Assembly (NCBI GenBank): GCA_947624995.1
Contig: CANQMS010000003.1
Location: 10,062 to 74,061, forward strand
Length of the DNA: 64,000 nucleotides
Reading direction: 5' to 3'
DNA from: an uncultured Clostridia bacterium
GTDB lineage: Bacteria > Bacillota > Clostridia > Oscillospirales > CAG-272
In this document: positions 28,601-36,750 of the stretch, piece by piece
How the letters are laid out: every line of letters starts with the position of its first letter
How positions within the stretch are numbered: position 1 is the stretch's first letter
Program-made: the position numbers and the translations under genes
The notes under the pieces: generated by a model
What the model saw: the letters and a program-made list of their open reading frames with translations, nothing else
Told to the model about the DNA's origin: nothing
The model's database searches: none

Positions 28601-28785
28601 AGCTGCCGGACGGCACAAAGCGCGAGATCGACGCCGACGGCACGATCGACGGCTGGCTCTCCGACAGCGGGATGATATACCGCGCCATGACGTCGACACA
28701 GCGGAGCTGGGGCTGGTTCGACCCCGCGAGGGAGGACGAAAGATATAAAAAGCTCACAGAAAGGGCGAAAAAGCTCACGGAATAA
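25645..28785 (+). CDS. ECF-type sigma-70 family factor fused to an ~860-aa C-terminal extension of unknown function
   Basis: Residues 1-180 carry sigma region 2 (AEDAAQDAFLAAWLKLDRL) and a region 4.2 HTH (MSAEDIAKLMGISVGTVKSQLHDGRKKMRKEL). The ORF then continues without a stop for 864 more codons. No TM or zinc anti-sigma motif is seen. Confidence 0.8.
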   Translation: MPHSSNSDGTLVLLTLAGDPAAYDELFLRHEKRVLAAAYSVIRNAHIAEDAAQDAFLAAWLKLDRLREPEKFGIWVCRIAKNCARNMALRFRNYLCLDDVEGIEYMRADGGDPELMLMTEEEAELMRRGLRRLPERARQVVYLHYYEDMSAEDIAKLMGISVGTVKSQLHDGRKKMRKELCAMDEKLNDTLLLKIRKKIDEVKSWQYKNSKEGFDKVYRDVLKDIDTMPECREKYHALADVLMRGYWWLPGEKNDCLLGRIREAAKLGKNNEVMSYVLVREAAKYWGDEKREYIKNVQIPSLDPVDFRLTLADRWCAVGDLTKPENLKDGTDAFDSALALLTPADVLYHHALEMKKAFLESAEEKFISDIKNRKNVCVTYEFVMSDGLKIARDEYYSFGGLYALNYMCTQLFENLFRCDGEMTADIAPGESVTASDGSTLTFESGDETVTVPAGTFSGCEVWVSRLKAGTVRSWLKRGVGLVRQEMICEGVSDIKSLKAYSVSGDEGLLPLSAGNVWEYEMDCDPASFSAPTRIRVAWSDGERAIVTENTRVVRSRYDENSWLDMILKTRDDYCTRNPERIADVRPYARRAVELAKTPFEKAHAEAAYSVVKRIIETDEEFDPECEAVGLWNFFSRNTVEHADGKLCLIRTGRRFDFEWKNTDDTSLCNRLLSNHIYSILHDVTGCLFDERWQPGYSSEESRDYGSNSIIRTRISCADAGTVTVCAGSFDNCLSVDTYCGGFDSGHSYRGGRRTYYFAPGVGLVKVEIYTGAGSVSAYELTSYEGTGEGYMPAKDGMRRRYEGLGLTDGYEGAAEYTYALDCEGKLVIFSDLTGIRHKPKKITRYNSTVGELEEACLANTENYDGANLESGYNAILLLLHQTSKRDCHYSDPLTRARRFTYYLRLLEAAGDGSVPPAFLAKASRICLLASLAFFGGGEHENGYKYLELALDYAERWHAIPDGEALSFGDEAAFDNIRYIKGQSIIELPDGTKREIDADGTIDGWLSDSGMIYRAMTSTQRSWGWFDPAREDERYKKLTERAKKLTE

Positions 28786-28810
28786 CGCACACGTCTTTCG
28801 GGCAAAAATA

Positions 28811-28860
28811 CCGGGGGAGGGACCTTTTTGGGGGTCCCTCCCCCGGCGGTTTTTATTTTG
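28811..28860. terminator. Bidirectional rho-independent terminator
   Basis: Stem CCGGGGGAGGGACC / GGTCCCTCCCCCGG followed by CGGTTTTTATTTTG. It lies between convergent genes. Confidence 0.7.
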
Positions 28861-28864
28861 AATT

Positions 28865-29134
28865 TCATTCCCACCTGTGCGGCAGGTCGGGGCACGTCTG
28901 CATCTTTTTGGCGGCGCGGACCTCGACAAAGCAGCCGCAGAGCGAGCACATCCCGTCCGATAGGCGGTCGCACGCGCGGCATATCCTGAGGCGGGACGCG
29001 TACTCGTCCGCCCCGCACCTGACCGCGTCGTCGAGCGAGGCGAGGTATTCGAGCACCGTTTTATACACCCCGTCGCGGTCGATCTCCGAAAGGAGGCACC
29101 GGCGGCAGCGGGGCTGCGAATAATCTCCGTCCAT
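28865..29134 (-). CDS. Small Cys-rich protein (DUF6171-like)
   Basis: From the internal ATG the sequence is [18 protein letters not shown]...RLRICRACDRLSDGMCSLCGCFVEVRAAKKMQTCP. It has multiple CxxC-type pairs. The start overlaps the abfA stop (TAATG). Confidence 0.55.
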   Translation of the reverse strand: MDGDYSQPRCRRCLLSEIDRDGVYKTVLEYLASLDDAVRCGADEYASRLRICRACDRLSDGMCSLCGCFVEVRAAKKMQTCPDLPHRWE

Positions 29135-30612
29135 TACCGCTTGACCGTTATCCTCGCGACAGAACATTCGGGCAGCGTGAACGAGATACCGTCATCCGTG
29201 AGCTTAATGCCGTCAAAATGCTCTGCCCGCACGTTTTCCGGGGACTCGAACGTGTTGAACGCGTCCATTCTGCCGGTCACGATCTCGCCCTCGACCGAGG
29301 CGGGCTTATATCCGACAAGGATCGCGTCGATATCGTGAGCGTCCGTGCAGGAGAGATTGCAGACCGTGATGTTGAGGTTGCCTTCGGCGTCAATTGATGC
29401 AGACTCGGAGAGGTCGTCGGCGCGGACCTTGTCCTCGATTCCTATCTTCGACTTCTCGATAAAGCTGCCGACGAGCGTCGCGTCCTGATGCGGCGCGTAC
29501 ATTTTGAAAACGTGGTAAGTCGGCGTCAGTATCATGCACTCGCCGTCCGTGAGAATGACGGACTGGAGCACGTTTACGAGCTGCGCGATGTTCGCCATTC
29601 GAACGCGCGCGCTGTGCTTGTTGAAAATATTGAGGTTGACGCCCGCGACGACAGCGTCCCGGATCGTGTTCTGCTGGTAGAGGAAGCCGGGATTCGTACC
29701 GGGCTCAACGTCAAACCAGTTGCCCCACTCATCGACAATGAGCGCGACGCGGCGGCGCGGGTCGTAGCGGTCCATGACGTGCTCGTGTCCGGTGATTATC
29801 TCCTCCATCTCGAGCGTTTTCTTCATCGTGAGGTACCACTCTTTTTCGTCAAACGCGGTCGCGGAGCCCTTGTGGTTCCAGTCGTGGCAGATCGTGTAGT
29901 GGTGGAGCGACAGCCCGTTCATCTGGTGCCCCGCCTGCTTCATCAGGACCTCGGTCCAGTTGTAGTCCGCGGAGCTCGGTCCGCACGCGATCTTATATAG
30001 GCGGTCCTCGCCGTAATTGCGGCAGAAGTTCGCGTACCGGCGGTACTCGTCCGCGTAGTATTCGGGGCGCATCATGCCGCCGCAGCCCCAGCTCTCGTTG
30101 CCGATGCCGAGGAAGCGTATACCGAACGGCTCCGGGTGCCCGTTTTTCGCGCGCAGATCCGCCATCGGGGACTTGCCGTCAAAGTTCATGTACTCGACCC
30201 ACTCGGACATCTCCTGAACGGAGCCGCTGCCGACGTTCGCGTTTATGTAGGGCTCGCAGCCGATCTGGCGGCAGAGCTCGAAGAACTCGTGCGTGCCGAA
30301 GCTGTTGTCCTCCGTGACGTCGCCCCAGTTCGTGTTGACCATGAGCTTTCTGTTTTCCTTGGGACCTATGCCGTCCATCCAGTGATATTCGTCCGCAAAG
30401 CAGCCGCCCGGCCAGCGGAGCACCGGCAGCTTCATGTCGCGGAGCGCCTTCACGATATCGGTCCTCATGCCCGCTACGTTCGGGATCGGCGAATTTTCGC
30501 CGACATAAATGCCGTTATATATGCATCTCCCGAGGTGCTCGGAGAAATTACCGTAAATATTTTTGTCTATACGGCTCCTTTTGTCGTATGTGTTTATAAC
30601 GAGTTTGCTCAT
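29134..30612 (-). CDS. abfA: Alpha-L-arabinofuranosidase, GH51
   Basis: [38 protein letters not shown] and [11 protein letters not shown] (acid/base Glu region) are characteristic. I prefer the ATG at 30612 ([11 protein letters not shown]) over the upstream ATG at 30690. Confidence 0.9.
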   Translation of the reverse strand: MSKLVINTYDKRSRIDKNIYGNFSEHLGRCIYNGIYVGENSPIPNVAGMRTDIVKALRDMKLPVLRWPGGCFADEYHWMDGIGPKENRKLMVNTNWGDVTEDNSFGTHEFFELCRQIGCEPYINANVGSGSVQEMSEWVEYMNFDGKSPMADLRAKNGHPEPFGIRFLGIGNESWGCGGMMRPEYYADEYRRYANFCRNYGEDRLYKIACGPSSADYNWTEVLMKQAGHQMNGLSLHHYTICHDWNHKGSATAFDEKEWYLTMKKTLEMEEIITGHEHVMDRYDPRRRVALIVDEWGNWFDVEPGTNPGFLYQQNTIRDAVVAGVNLNIFNKHSARVRMANIAQLVNVLQSVILTDGECMILTPTYHVFKMYAPHQDATLVGSFIEKSKIGIEDKVRADDLSESASIDAEGNLNITVCNLSCTDAHDIDAILVGYKPASVEGEIVTGRMDAFNTFESPENVRAEHFDGIKLTDDGISFTLPECSVARITVKR

Positions 30613-30733
30613 AAAAAATCCTTCCTGAGCGAAAAAAGTGCGCCCCGCGCCACCGTACATTGTAACCGATGGAGCCCCGTTTGTCAACACGAAAAGCGCG
30701 CATATTCCGATAAAAAACAGTCATTTTTCGTCT

Positions 30734-30782
30734 GTGAGTTTCGAAAGTAAATTCCGCAGCGGAATTTACTTTCGAAACTCAC
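30734..30782. promoter_or_regulatory. 49-bp perfect palindrome in the abfA / M42 divergent intergenic region
   Basis: GTGAGTTTCGAAAGTAAATTCCGC-A-GCGGAATTTACTTTCGAAACTCAC has 24-bp arms with no mismatch. Confidence 0.6.
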
Positions 30783-30885
30783 TCAAAAATTTTCGTTCCG
30801 ACGCAAAAAGCTATTGGCGTTCCCGTGTTTTTGTGGTATCATCTATGGTGCGGATAAAAAATCAAGTTATGAAAGGATATAGAAT

Positions 30886-31938
30886 TTGTCAGAATTTTTT
30901 GAAATACTCTCCCGGCTGTCTGCGGCAAGCTCGCTCGTCGGTCACGAGACTGCCGACAGCGGCGCTCTCACCGATCTTTTGTCCCCGTACTTTGACGACT
31001 GGCGCGTTGACAGCGTCGGGAACCATATTTTCCACCGCCGCGCGTCGGAGCCGGGCGCGCCGCGCCTTATGATAGACGCGCACTATGACGCGGTCGGTCT
31101 GCTCGTCACCGATATAACGGACGAGGGGTGCCTCCTCGTGACGCGGCTCGGCGGCGTTGACCGCCGCATCCTCCCCGCCTCCGAGGTGACCGTATACGCG
31201 CGCGAGCCGATCTTCGGTGTCGTCGCCTCGACGCCGCCGCACCTGATCTCCGGCGACGACCGCGACAAGGTCGCCCCGATAGAGGAAATGCGCATTGATA
31301 CGGGATATTCGAAATCGGAGCTTGAGGCGCTCGGCGTCCGCGTCGGCACGACGGTCGGCTACCGCGCGCCGTTTACAAAGCTGCTCGGCGGCAGAGCCGC
31401 CGGCGTCGCCTTTGACGACAAGGCGTGCCTCGCCGCGGCGATATGCGCCGTAAAAATGATGGGGGACGACCGCGGTCGCTTCGACGTCTATGTCGTCGCC
31501 TCCGCCGAGGAGGAGACGGGCATGTCCGGCGCCGAGAAGGCGGCGTTCGCGATCACCCCCGACCTCGCGCTCGTGCTGGACGTCGGCTTTGCATCCGCCC
31601 CCGGCTCGCCGGAGGAAAACGGGACATCTCCTCTCGGCTCCGGCGTCATCGTCTCATTCTCCGCCGTCACGAACGTTAAGCTGACGCGCCGCGTCATGCA
31701 CATTGCCGACGACGAAAATATAAAATACACCGTCTCGGCGGAGCCCTCCGGTACCGGCACGAACGGTGACGACGTGACGCTCGCCGCGGGCGGCGTTCCG
31801 ACCGTCGTGCTCGGGATCCCGCTCCGCTCGATGCACACTCCCGCCGAGGTCATAGACGAGGCGGACGCGCTCGAGCTCTCAAAGCTCGTCCTTGCCGTGA
31901 TGAAAAACCGTGAACTGGAGGTGTGGTGCCGTGAGTAA
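30886..31938 (+). CDS. M42-family metallopeptidase (TET/FrvX/CelM-like), paralog 1
   Basis: [26 protein letters not shown] and [11 protein letters not shown] fit the M42 metal-ligand regions. It has a TTG start after AAAGGA. Confidence 0.85.
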   Translation: MSEFFEILSRLSAASSLVGHETADSGALTDLLSPYFDDWRVDSVGNHIFHRRASEPGAPRLMIDAHYDAVGLLVTDITDEGCLLVTRLGGVDRRILPASEVTVYAREPIFGVVASTPPHLISGDDRDKVAPIEEMRIDTGYSKSELEALGVRVGTTVGYRAPFTKLLGGRAAGVAFDDKACLAAAICAVKMMGDDRGRFDVYVVASAEEETGMSGAEKAAFAITPDLALVLDVGFASAPGSPEENGTSPLGSGVIVSFSAVTNVKLTRRVMHIADDENIKYTVSAEPSGTGTNGDDVTLAAGGVPTVVLGIPLRSMHTPAEVIDEADALELSKLVLAVMKNRELEVWCRE

Positions 31939-33007
31939 CAAATTATCCGGTATCGAGCTTTTGCGCGAGCTCTCGCTCACGTTCGGACCGACCGGGTGTG
32001 AGGACAACGTCTCAGACCTCGTCCGGGCGCAGATAAGCGACATTGCGGACGAGGTGAGGCGCGACAAAATGGGCAATCTGACGGCGGTCATATACGGCGC
32101 CGACCACGGGACAGACCGCGAGCGCCGCGTCATGTTCTCCGCCCACATGGACGAGGTCGGGTTCATGATAAAGAACGTCAACTCCGACGGGACGCTCTCG
32201 TTTATGAACCTCGGCGGCATCGTCGGCTCCGCGCTCCCCGCGCGCCGCGTCACCGTCGGCGACGAGAACTGCCGCGTCCCCGGCGTTATCGGCACAAAGC
32301 CGATACACCTACTGAAGGGCGACGAGCGCGAGGCGATGCCGAAGCTCTCCGAGCTCTATATAGACATCGGCGCGAAGGACAAGGATGAGGCGGAGGGATA
32401 CGTCAAGCGCGGCGCGTTCGCGACGTTTGACTCCGAGTTCGTCCGCTTCGGCAGCGGCGGCAAATATATAAAGGGCAAGGCGCTCGACGACCGCTTCGGC
32501 TGCGCCGCCTTAATCGAGCTTGGGCGCGCGCTCCGAGAGGCACAATACCTGCCCGGGCACGACACGTATCTCGCGTTCACCGTGCGCGAGGAGGTCGGCA
32601 AATCCGGAGCGGAGACGACGGCGTACGCCGTCGACCCGCACATGGCGTTCGTCCTTGAGGCGACCGCCGTCGCCGATAACTCCGGTGCGCTCCGCGAAAA
32701 GCAGGTCGCCCGCCTCGGCGAGGGACCCGCGATCTCCTTCATGGACCGCTCGACGATATATCTGCGCGAGGTCTATGACTTCGTTCTCAAAACCGCCGCC
32801 GCGCACGGCATAAAGGCACAGCCGAAGCGCTTTGTCTCCGGCGGCAATGACGCCGGGCATATCCACAAAACGCGCGCCGGAATAAAAACGGCGGCGATCT
32901 CCGCCCCCGCGAGATATATCCACACCGCCTCCTGTGTCATCCACGAGGATGACTTTTACGAGACGGTCCGTCTGCTCACCGCCCTCTCCGAGGACATAAA
33001 GCTCTGA
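31931..33007 (+). CDS. M42-family metallopeptidase, paralog 2
   Basis: [24 protein letters not shown] and [10 protein letters not shown] are present. The GTG at 31931 (GGAGGTG 7 nt upstream) overlaps the previous stop. An alternative GTG lies at 31910. Confidence 0.85.
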   Translation: MSNKLSGIELLRELSLTFGPTGCEDNVSDLVRAQISDIADEVRRDKMGNLTAVIYGADHGTDRERRVMFSAHMDEVGFMIKNVNSDGTLSFMNLGGIVGSALPARRVTVGDENCRVPGVIGTKPIHLLKGDEREAMPKLSELYIDIGAKDKDEAEGYVKRGAFATFDSEFVRFGSGGKYIKGKALDDRFGCAALIELGRALREAQYLPGHDTYLAFTVREEVGKSGAETTAYAVDPHMAFVLEATAVADNSGALREKQVARLGEGPAISFMDRSTIYLREVYDFVLKTAAAHGIKAQPKRFVSGGNDAGHIHKTRAGIKTAAISAPARYIHTASCVIHEDDFYETVRLLTALSEDIKL

Positions 33008-33034
33008 ATCCGGAAGAAATAAAGAGGAAAAGAT

Positions 33035-34015
33035 ATGTATACACTGCTGAAAGATCTCATAAAGCCGCTCGGCGTCTCCGGGCGTGAGGGCGCTGTCCGC
33101 GCCGTGATCGAAGAAAAGATCTCGCCGTACGTCGACGAGGTATATACGGACGCGCTCGGCAACCTGATCGCGCACAAGCGCGGACCGGAGGGCGCGCCGA
33201 AGCTCATGTTTGCCGCCCATATGGACGAGATCGGCTTTTTCGTCACCGACATCGACGACGGCGGCAGAGTCTGTTTCTCCGCCGCCGGAGGCATCCGCTT
33301 TGACGCCGCCGCATACGGCGAGGTCGTGTTCGAAAACGGCACGCACGGCGTTCTCGTCGCGAATGACGACGCGAAATCTCCCGCCGCGGACTGCTGCTAC
33401 GTCGATATCGGCGCCTCCTCGCGCCGCGACGCCGAGCGCCGCGTACGGACGGGGGACACGTTTGCCGTCGCGTCCTCGCTGCGCCGCATCGGCGCTCATC
33501 TCGCCGCGGGCCGCCCAGTCGACGACCGCATAGGCTGCGCCGTCCTGATAAAGACCGCGATGAGCGCAAATTCGCCGAGATACGACGTTTACTACACGTT
33601 CACCGTACAGGAGGAGGTCGGCTGCCGCGGCTCGAAGACAGCCGCATACGCCATCATGCCGGACATCTCCGTCGCCATCGACATAACGAAGACGGGCGAC
33701 ACCCCCGGCGCGCCCAAAATGGCGGTCCGGCTCGGGGACGGCGCCGCGATAAAAGTGAAGGATTCCTCCGTCATCTCCGACCCTGCGCTCGTCGAAGAAA
33801 TGGCAAAACTCTGCCGCGAGAGGGGAATAAAGCATCAGTTCGAGGTTTTGACCCGCGGCGGGACGGACACGTCCTCGATGCAGTCCGCCGGAGCGGGCAG
33901 CCGCGCCGGATGCATCTCGATCCCGACGAGATATTCGCACACGCCGGTCGAGATGATCGACCTGCGGGACGCTGAGGCGTGCGCCGCGCTCGCGGCGGCG
34001 CTGGTCGAAGGATAA
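33035..34015 (+). CDS. M42-family metallopeptidase, paralog 3
   Basis: FAAHMDEIGFFVTDI, VDDRIGCAV and VQEEVGCRGS are present. Confidence 0.85.
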   Translation: MYTLLKDLIKPLGVSGREGAVRAVIEEKISPYVDEVYTDALGNLIAHKRGPEGAPKLMFAAHMDEIGFFVTDIDDGGRVCFSAAGGIRFDAAAYGEVVFENGTHGVLVANDDAKSPAADCCYVDIGASSRRDAERRVRTGDTFAVASSLRRIGAHLAAGRPVDDRIGCAVLIKTAMSANSPRYDVYYTFTVQEEVGCRGSKTAAYAIMPDISVAIDITKTGDTPGAPKMAVRLGDGAAIKVKDSSVISDPALVEEMAKLCRERGIKHQFEVLTRGGTDTSSMQSAGAGSRAGCISIPTRYSHTPVEMIDLRDAEACAALAAALVEG

Positions 34016-34024
34016 AAAAGCCGC

Positions 34025-34068
34025 AAAAAAGCTCCCCGGCGCCGCAAAACGCGGCGCCGGGGAGCTTT
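34025..34068. terminator. Bidirectional terminator between the M42 operon and hsp20
   Basis: AAAAAAGCTCCCCGGCGCCGC-aaaac-GCGGCGCCGGGGAGCTTT, with an A-run on one side and a T-run on the other. Confidence 0.7.
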
Positions 34069-34108
34069 CTATCACAGTGATACGCGGGGAAACGCTGCAC
34101 GCACTGTC

Positions 34109-34567
34109 TTATTCAATGTCGAGCCTTCTCGACTCGGGGAGCACTGCCTGCTTTTTCGGCATCGCCAGCCTGAGCACGCCGTTTTCGTACTTCGCCTTTA
34201 TCTTCTCCGCGTCAACGGACGAGATGTCGAACTGGCGGCTGTACTGTCCGTAAGAACGCTCGAGGCGGACGTACTTGTCCTTTTTATCCTTGTCCTCGTG
34301 CTCGGAATGGCGCTCCGCATTTATCGTCAGAACGTCGCCCGATATGTCGAGGTGGATGTCCTTCTTGTCAAATCCGGGCAGGTCGGCTTCGAGCAGATAG
34401 TGGTCGCCCTCGTCCGAAATGTCCGTTTTGAATTCCGCTATGTCGCCGCTCTCAAAGAAGCCCGTGAACGGCTCCTCGAAGAAGCGCCTTTCGAATTCCT
34501 CCATCTCCTTGAAGGGGTTGTAGGAAATGCTGTTGTTCTTTCTGTGGTACGGTCTGAGTTCAAACAT
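34109..34567 (-). CDS. Hsp20/alpha-crystallin family small heat-shock protein
   Basis: Alpha-crystallin domain: DISDEGDHYLLEADLPGFDKKDIHLDISGDVLTINAER...ENGVLRLAMPK. Confidence 0.9.
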   Translation of the reverse strand: MFELRPYHRKNNSISYNPFKEMEEFERRFFEEPFTGFFESGDIAEFKTDISDEGDHYLLEADLPGFDKKDIHLDISGDVLTINAERHSEHEDKDKKDKYVRLERSYGQYSRQFDISSVDAEKIKAKYENGVLRLAMPKKQAVLPESRRLDIE

Positions 34568-34749
34568 AATAAAACCTCCGAAAAATAATTATTCTGTCCG
34601 CCCTTTGTTTTTTGTTCCGATGGGGTAGGCGGGGAATCGGTCAGTTCGCTTTCAGATGTTCATCATACTCGCCTCTTTCTTTTTACGGTTATATTGTAGC
34701 CCGAATATATGAAAAATATGTGACGGAACCATGAAGTCGCGCTGAAACT

Positions 34750-34776
34750 TTAGCACTCTTGTGCCGAGAGTGCTAA
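34750..34776. promoter_or_regulatory. CIRCE element (HrcA operator)
   Basis: TTAGCACTC-TTGTGCCGA-GAGTGCTAA is a perfect match to the consensus TTAGCACTC-N9-GAGTGCTAA. It lies 183 nt upstream of the hsp20 ATG. Confidence 0.85.
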
Positions 34777-34820
34777 AAGCATTTTCTACATCTTTTTATA
34801 CTATTTATACTATACACCGA

Positions 34821-34849
34821 TTGACACGCGGGCGGCGGGGTGATATAAT
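34821..34849 (+). promoter_or_regulatory. Consensus sigma-A promoter of the four-gene TerB/ATPase/helicase operon
   Basis: TTGACA (34821-34826), a 17-nt spacer, then TATAAT (34844-34849). The ATG at 34917 is preceded by GGGGAGGCAGGGG. Confidence 0.7.
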
Positions 34850-34916
34850 CAAAAGATACAGAACTTATGTTTGCGTAACGCGGACAGGCGCAAAAATACG
34901 GGGAGGCAGGGGCAAA

Positions 34917-36740
34917 ATGGCGGACAGACACGATATTCCGGACGATTTTTGGGACCTCTCGTCCCTTTTGCCGAAAAAGCGTCCCCCCGTCATGCGCGAA
35001 CGCAAGCCGGACGTTGAGACGGTCCCGATAGATATCGGCGTGCCGGACAAGAGCGCGCGCGGTCACGTTATAGGCTCGCTCTCCGTCCGCTTCCGCGAGG
35101 TGGACGGCTCCAAAAGCCGCGCCGATGTCACCGTCCGCATTGAGGTGGACGGCGCTAAAAACCGCGCCGACGTCTACGTCCGCACGAAGGATGACGCGCG
35201 GAACACGCATAAGGACACGTCCACGGTAACGGTCGCGTCCGCGGGCGAGCCGCACAGCGACGACTCGCTCCGCCTCCCGCCGAGGGAGTCCCTGCGCTCC
35301 GCGCCCGCGGCAGAGCTTATTGACGAATACGAACCGGAGGGCGGACTTCTCCGCCGCGTGCGCGTCATGCGGTGGCCGTCGCGCTACAGCTTTTACGAAC
35401 AGTTCCGCCACGACGCAAAGCGGTATTTTTCCGTCTCCGGCACCGAATCCCCCGCCGTCGACTTTTTCTCATACACGCCCCAGTACAGGCAGATGACAAA
35501 GACGCAGCTCGCGTATTACTTCTGGTGGCGCGAGAACGCCGTCCGCGGCGTGTGGCTGCCCGCCTCGTTTTCATACATTCTTCTTTATATCTACGAAATA
35601 ATAAATCTTCACGAGGTCATCCCGCCGCCGGAGGGGCTGCGCAGGCTCGTCGGCGTGTGGCTCGCGTGCCGCGACAAGCACCGCGTGCTCGACAAATATC
35701 TCTCCGAGTGGGTCGCGGACTACTGCCTGATCCACCGGCTGCCGCCCCCGCGCGAAGAGCTCGCGCCGATAATGTCCTCCGTCATGGAGGCGGCGTCGTT
35801 CCGCGAATTTTATATGTCCGGCGGCAGCGACGGGATCACGGTAGAAACGCTCATCGACCTCTCCTCCGACTACAACTGGCGCAAAAGCAAATTCGCCGTC
35901 GAGGACGGCGGCGTCGCCGCCGCATATGCGCGCCACATCCCCGCCGCCGTCGCATACGTCGCGGACAAGAGCGGGGACGCGAGATTTTCGACGGGCGGAA
36001 TGAGCTCCGCCGTCGTCTCGCGGGACGCGTTCTGCGGCTCGCTCTGCGCACACAACGTCAAGTGCCGCATCGACATCGAATACCTCTCGTACACCCGCTC
36101 GCGCGAGCTGCGCTCGCTTTTGACGGAGCTTGTCAAATACTGCGAGAACAGGCTGCGTGCGGCTCTCGGCATACGCGCGCGCCTGCGCGTCAACGGACTT
36201 GACCCCGCCATCTCGGCGCTCGCCGACGAATACTTTGACCGCGAATTTCCGGAGACAAAAAAGCCCGTCAAGCTGTCAAAAGAGGAGCAGCTCGCCGCCG
36301 AGGAACGCAGATACGACGCCGAATATGACGCACTCTCGCACGGCTTTGACTCGCGCGGAGCCGCCGAAATAGAGCGCGCCTCGTGGGCATCTACCGATAT
36401 ACTCGCACCCGAAGACGAGCCGTTTGCGGCGGAAGAGACAAACGACATGCCAAGGGATCCGCAGGATGTCCCGCCCGCCCCCGTCGCAGACGAACAGGTC
36501 GGGCAGGACGCGCGGGACGGCGGGATCTTTTCCCGCCTCGACGCGGATGCCGCAGAATATCTGCGCCTCTCGCTCTCGGGCGGCGGCGCCGGCGAATACT
36601 GCCGCGCGCACGCGCTGTATGAGGACGAGCTCGTCTCCCGCATAAACGAAATCTCCGCCGACGTCATCGGCGACATAATAATCGAGCCCGACGGCAACAC
36701 TTACCGCATCGTCGAGGACTACCGCGACGACATAAAATAA
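34917..36740 (+). CDS. TerB-N / TerB-C domain protein (Shango SngA-like component)
   Basis: DFFSYTPQYRQMTKTQLAYYFWWRENAVRGVWLPASFSYILLYIYEIINL matches the TerB-N pattern as I know it. The C-terminus LDADAAEYLRLSL...EDELVSRINEISADVIGDIIIEPDGNTYRIVEDY matches TerB-C. The ORF-track start at 34761 runs through the promoter and CIRCE, so I prefer the ATG at 34917. Confidence 0.75.
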   Translation: MADRHDIPDDFWDLSSLLPKKRPPVMRERKPDVETVPIDIGVPDKSARGHVIGSLSVRFREVDGSKSRADVTVRIEVDGAKNRADVYVRTKDDARNTHKDTSTVTVASAGEPHSDDSLRLPPRESLRSAPAAELIDEYEPEGGLLRRVRVMRWPSRYSFYEQFRHDAKRYFSVSGTESPAVDFFSYTPQYRQMTKTQLAYYFWWRENAVRGVWLPASFSYILLYIYEIINLHEVIPPPEGLRRLVGVWLACRDKHRVLDKYLSEWVADYCLIHRLPPPREELAPIMSSVMEAASFREFYMSGGSDGITVETLIDLSSDYNWRKSKFAVEDGGVAAAYARHIPAAVAYVADKSGDARFSTGGMSSAVVSRDAFCGSLCAHNVKCRIDIEYLSYTRSRELRSLLTELVKYCENRLRAALGIRARLRVNGLDPAISALADEYFDREFPETKKPVKLSKEEQLAAEERRYDAEYDALSHGFDSRGAAEIERASWASTDILAPEDEPFAAEETNDMPRDPQDVPPAPVADEQVGQDARDGGIFSRLDADAAEYLRLSLSGGGAGEYCRAHALYEDELVSRINEISADVIGDIIIEPDGNTYRIVEDYRDDIK

Positions 36741-36750
36741 GGAGGACAGG

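Noticed and set aside
30638-31072. 144-aa plus-strand ORF spanning the 49-bp palindrome and the start of the first M42 gene.
   Set aside because: It is out of frame with the well-supported M42 gene, is low complexity and includes the palindrome.
34761-34916. Upstream start (34761) for the TerB-N/C gene as listed in the ORF track.
   Set aside because: This stretch contains the CIRCE element and the consensus promoter itself. A strong SD precedes the ATG at 34917.
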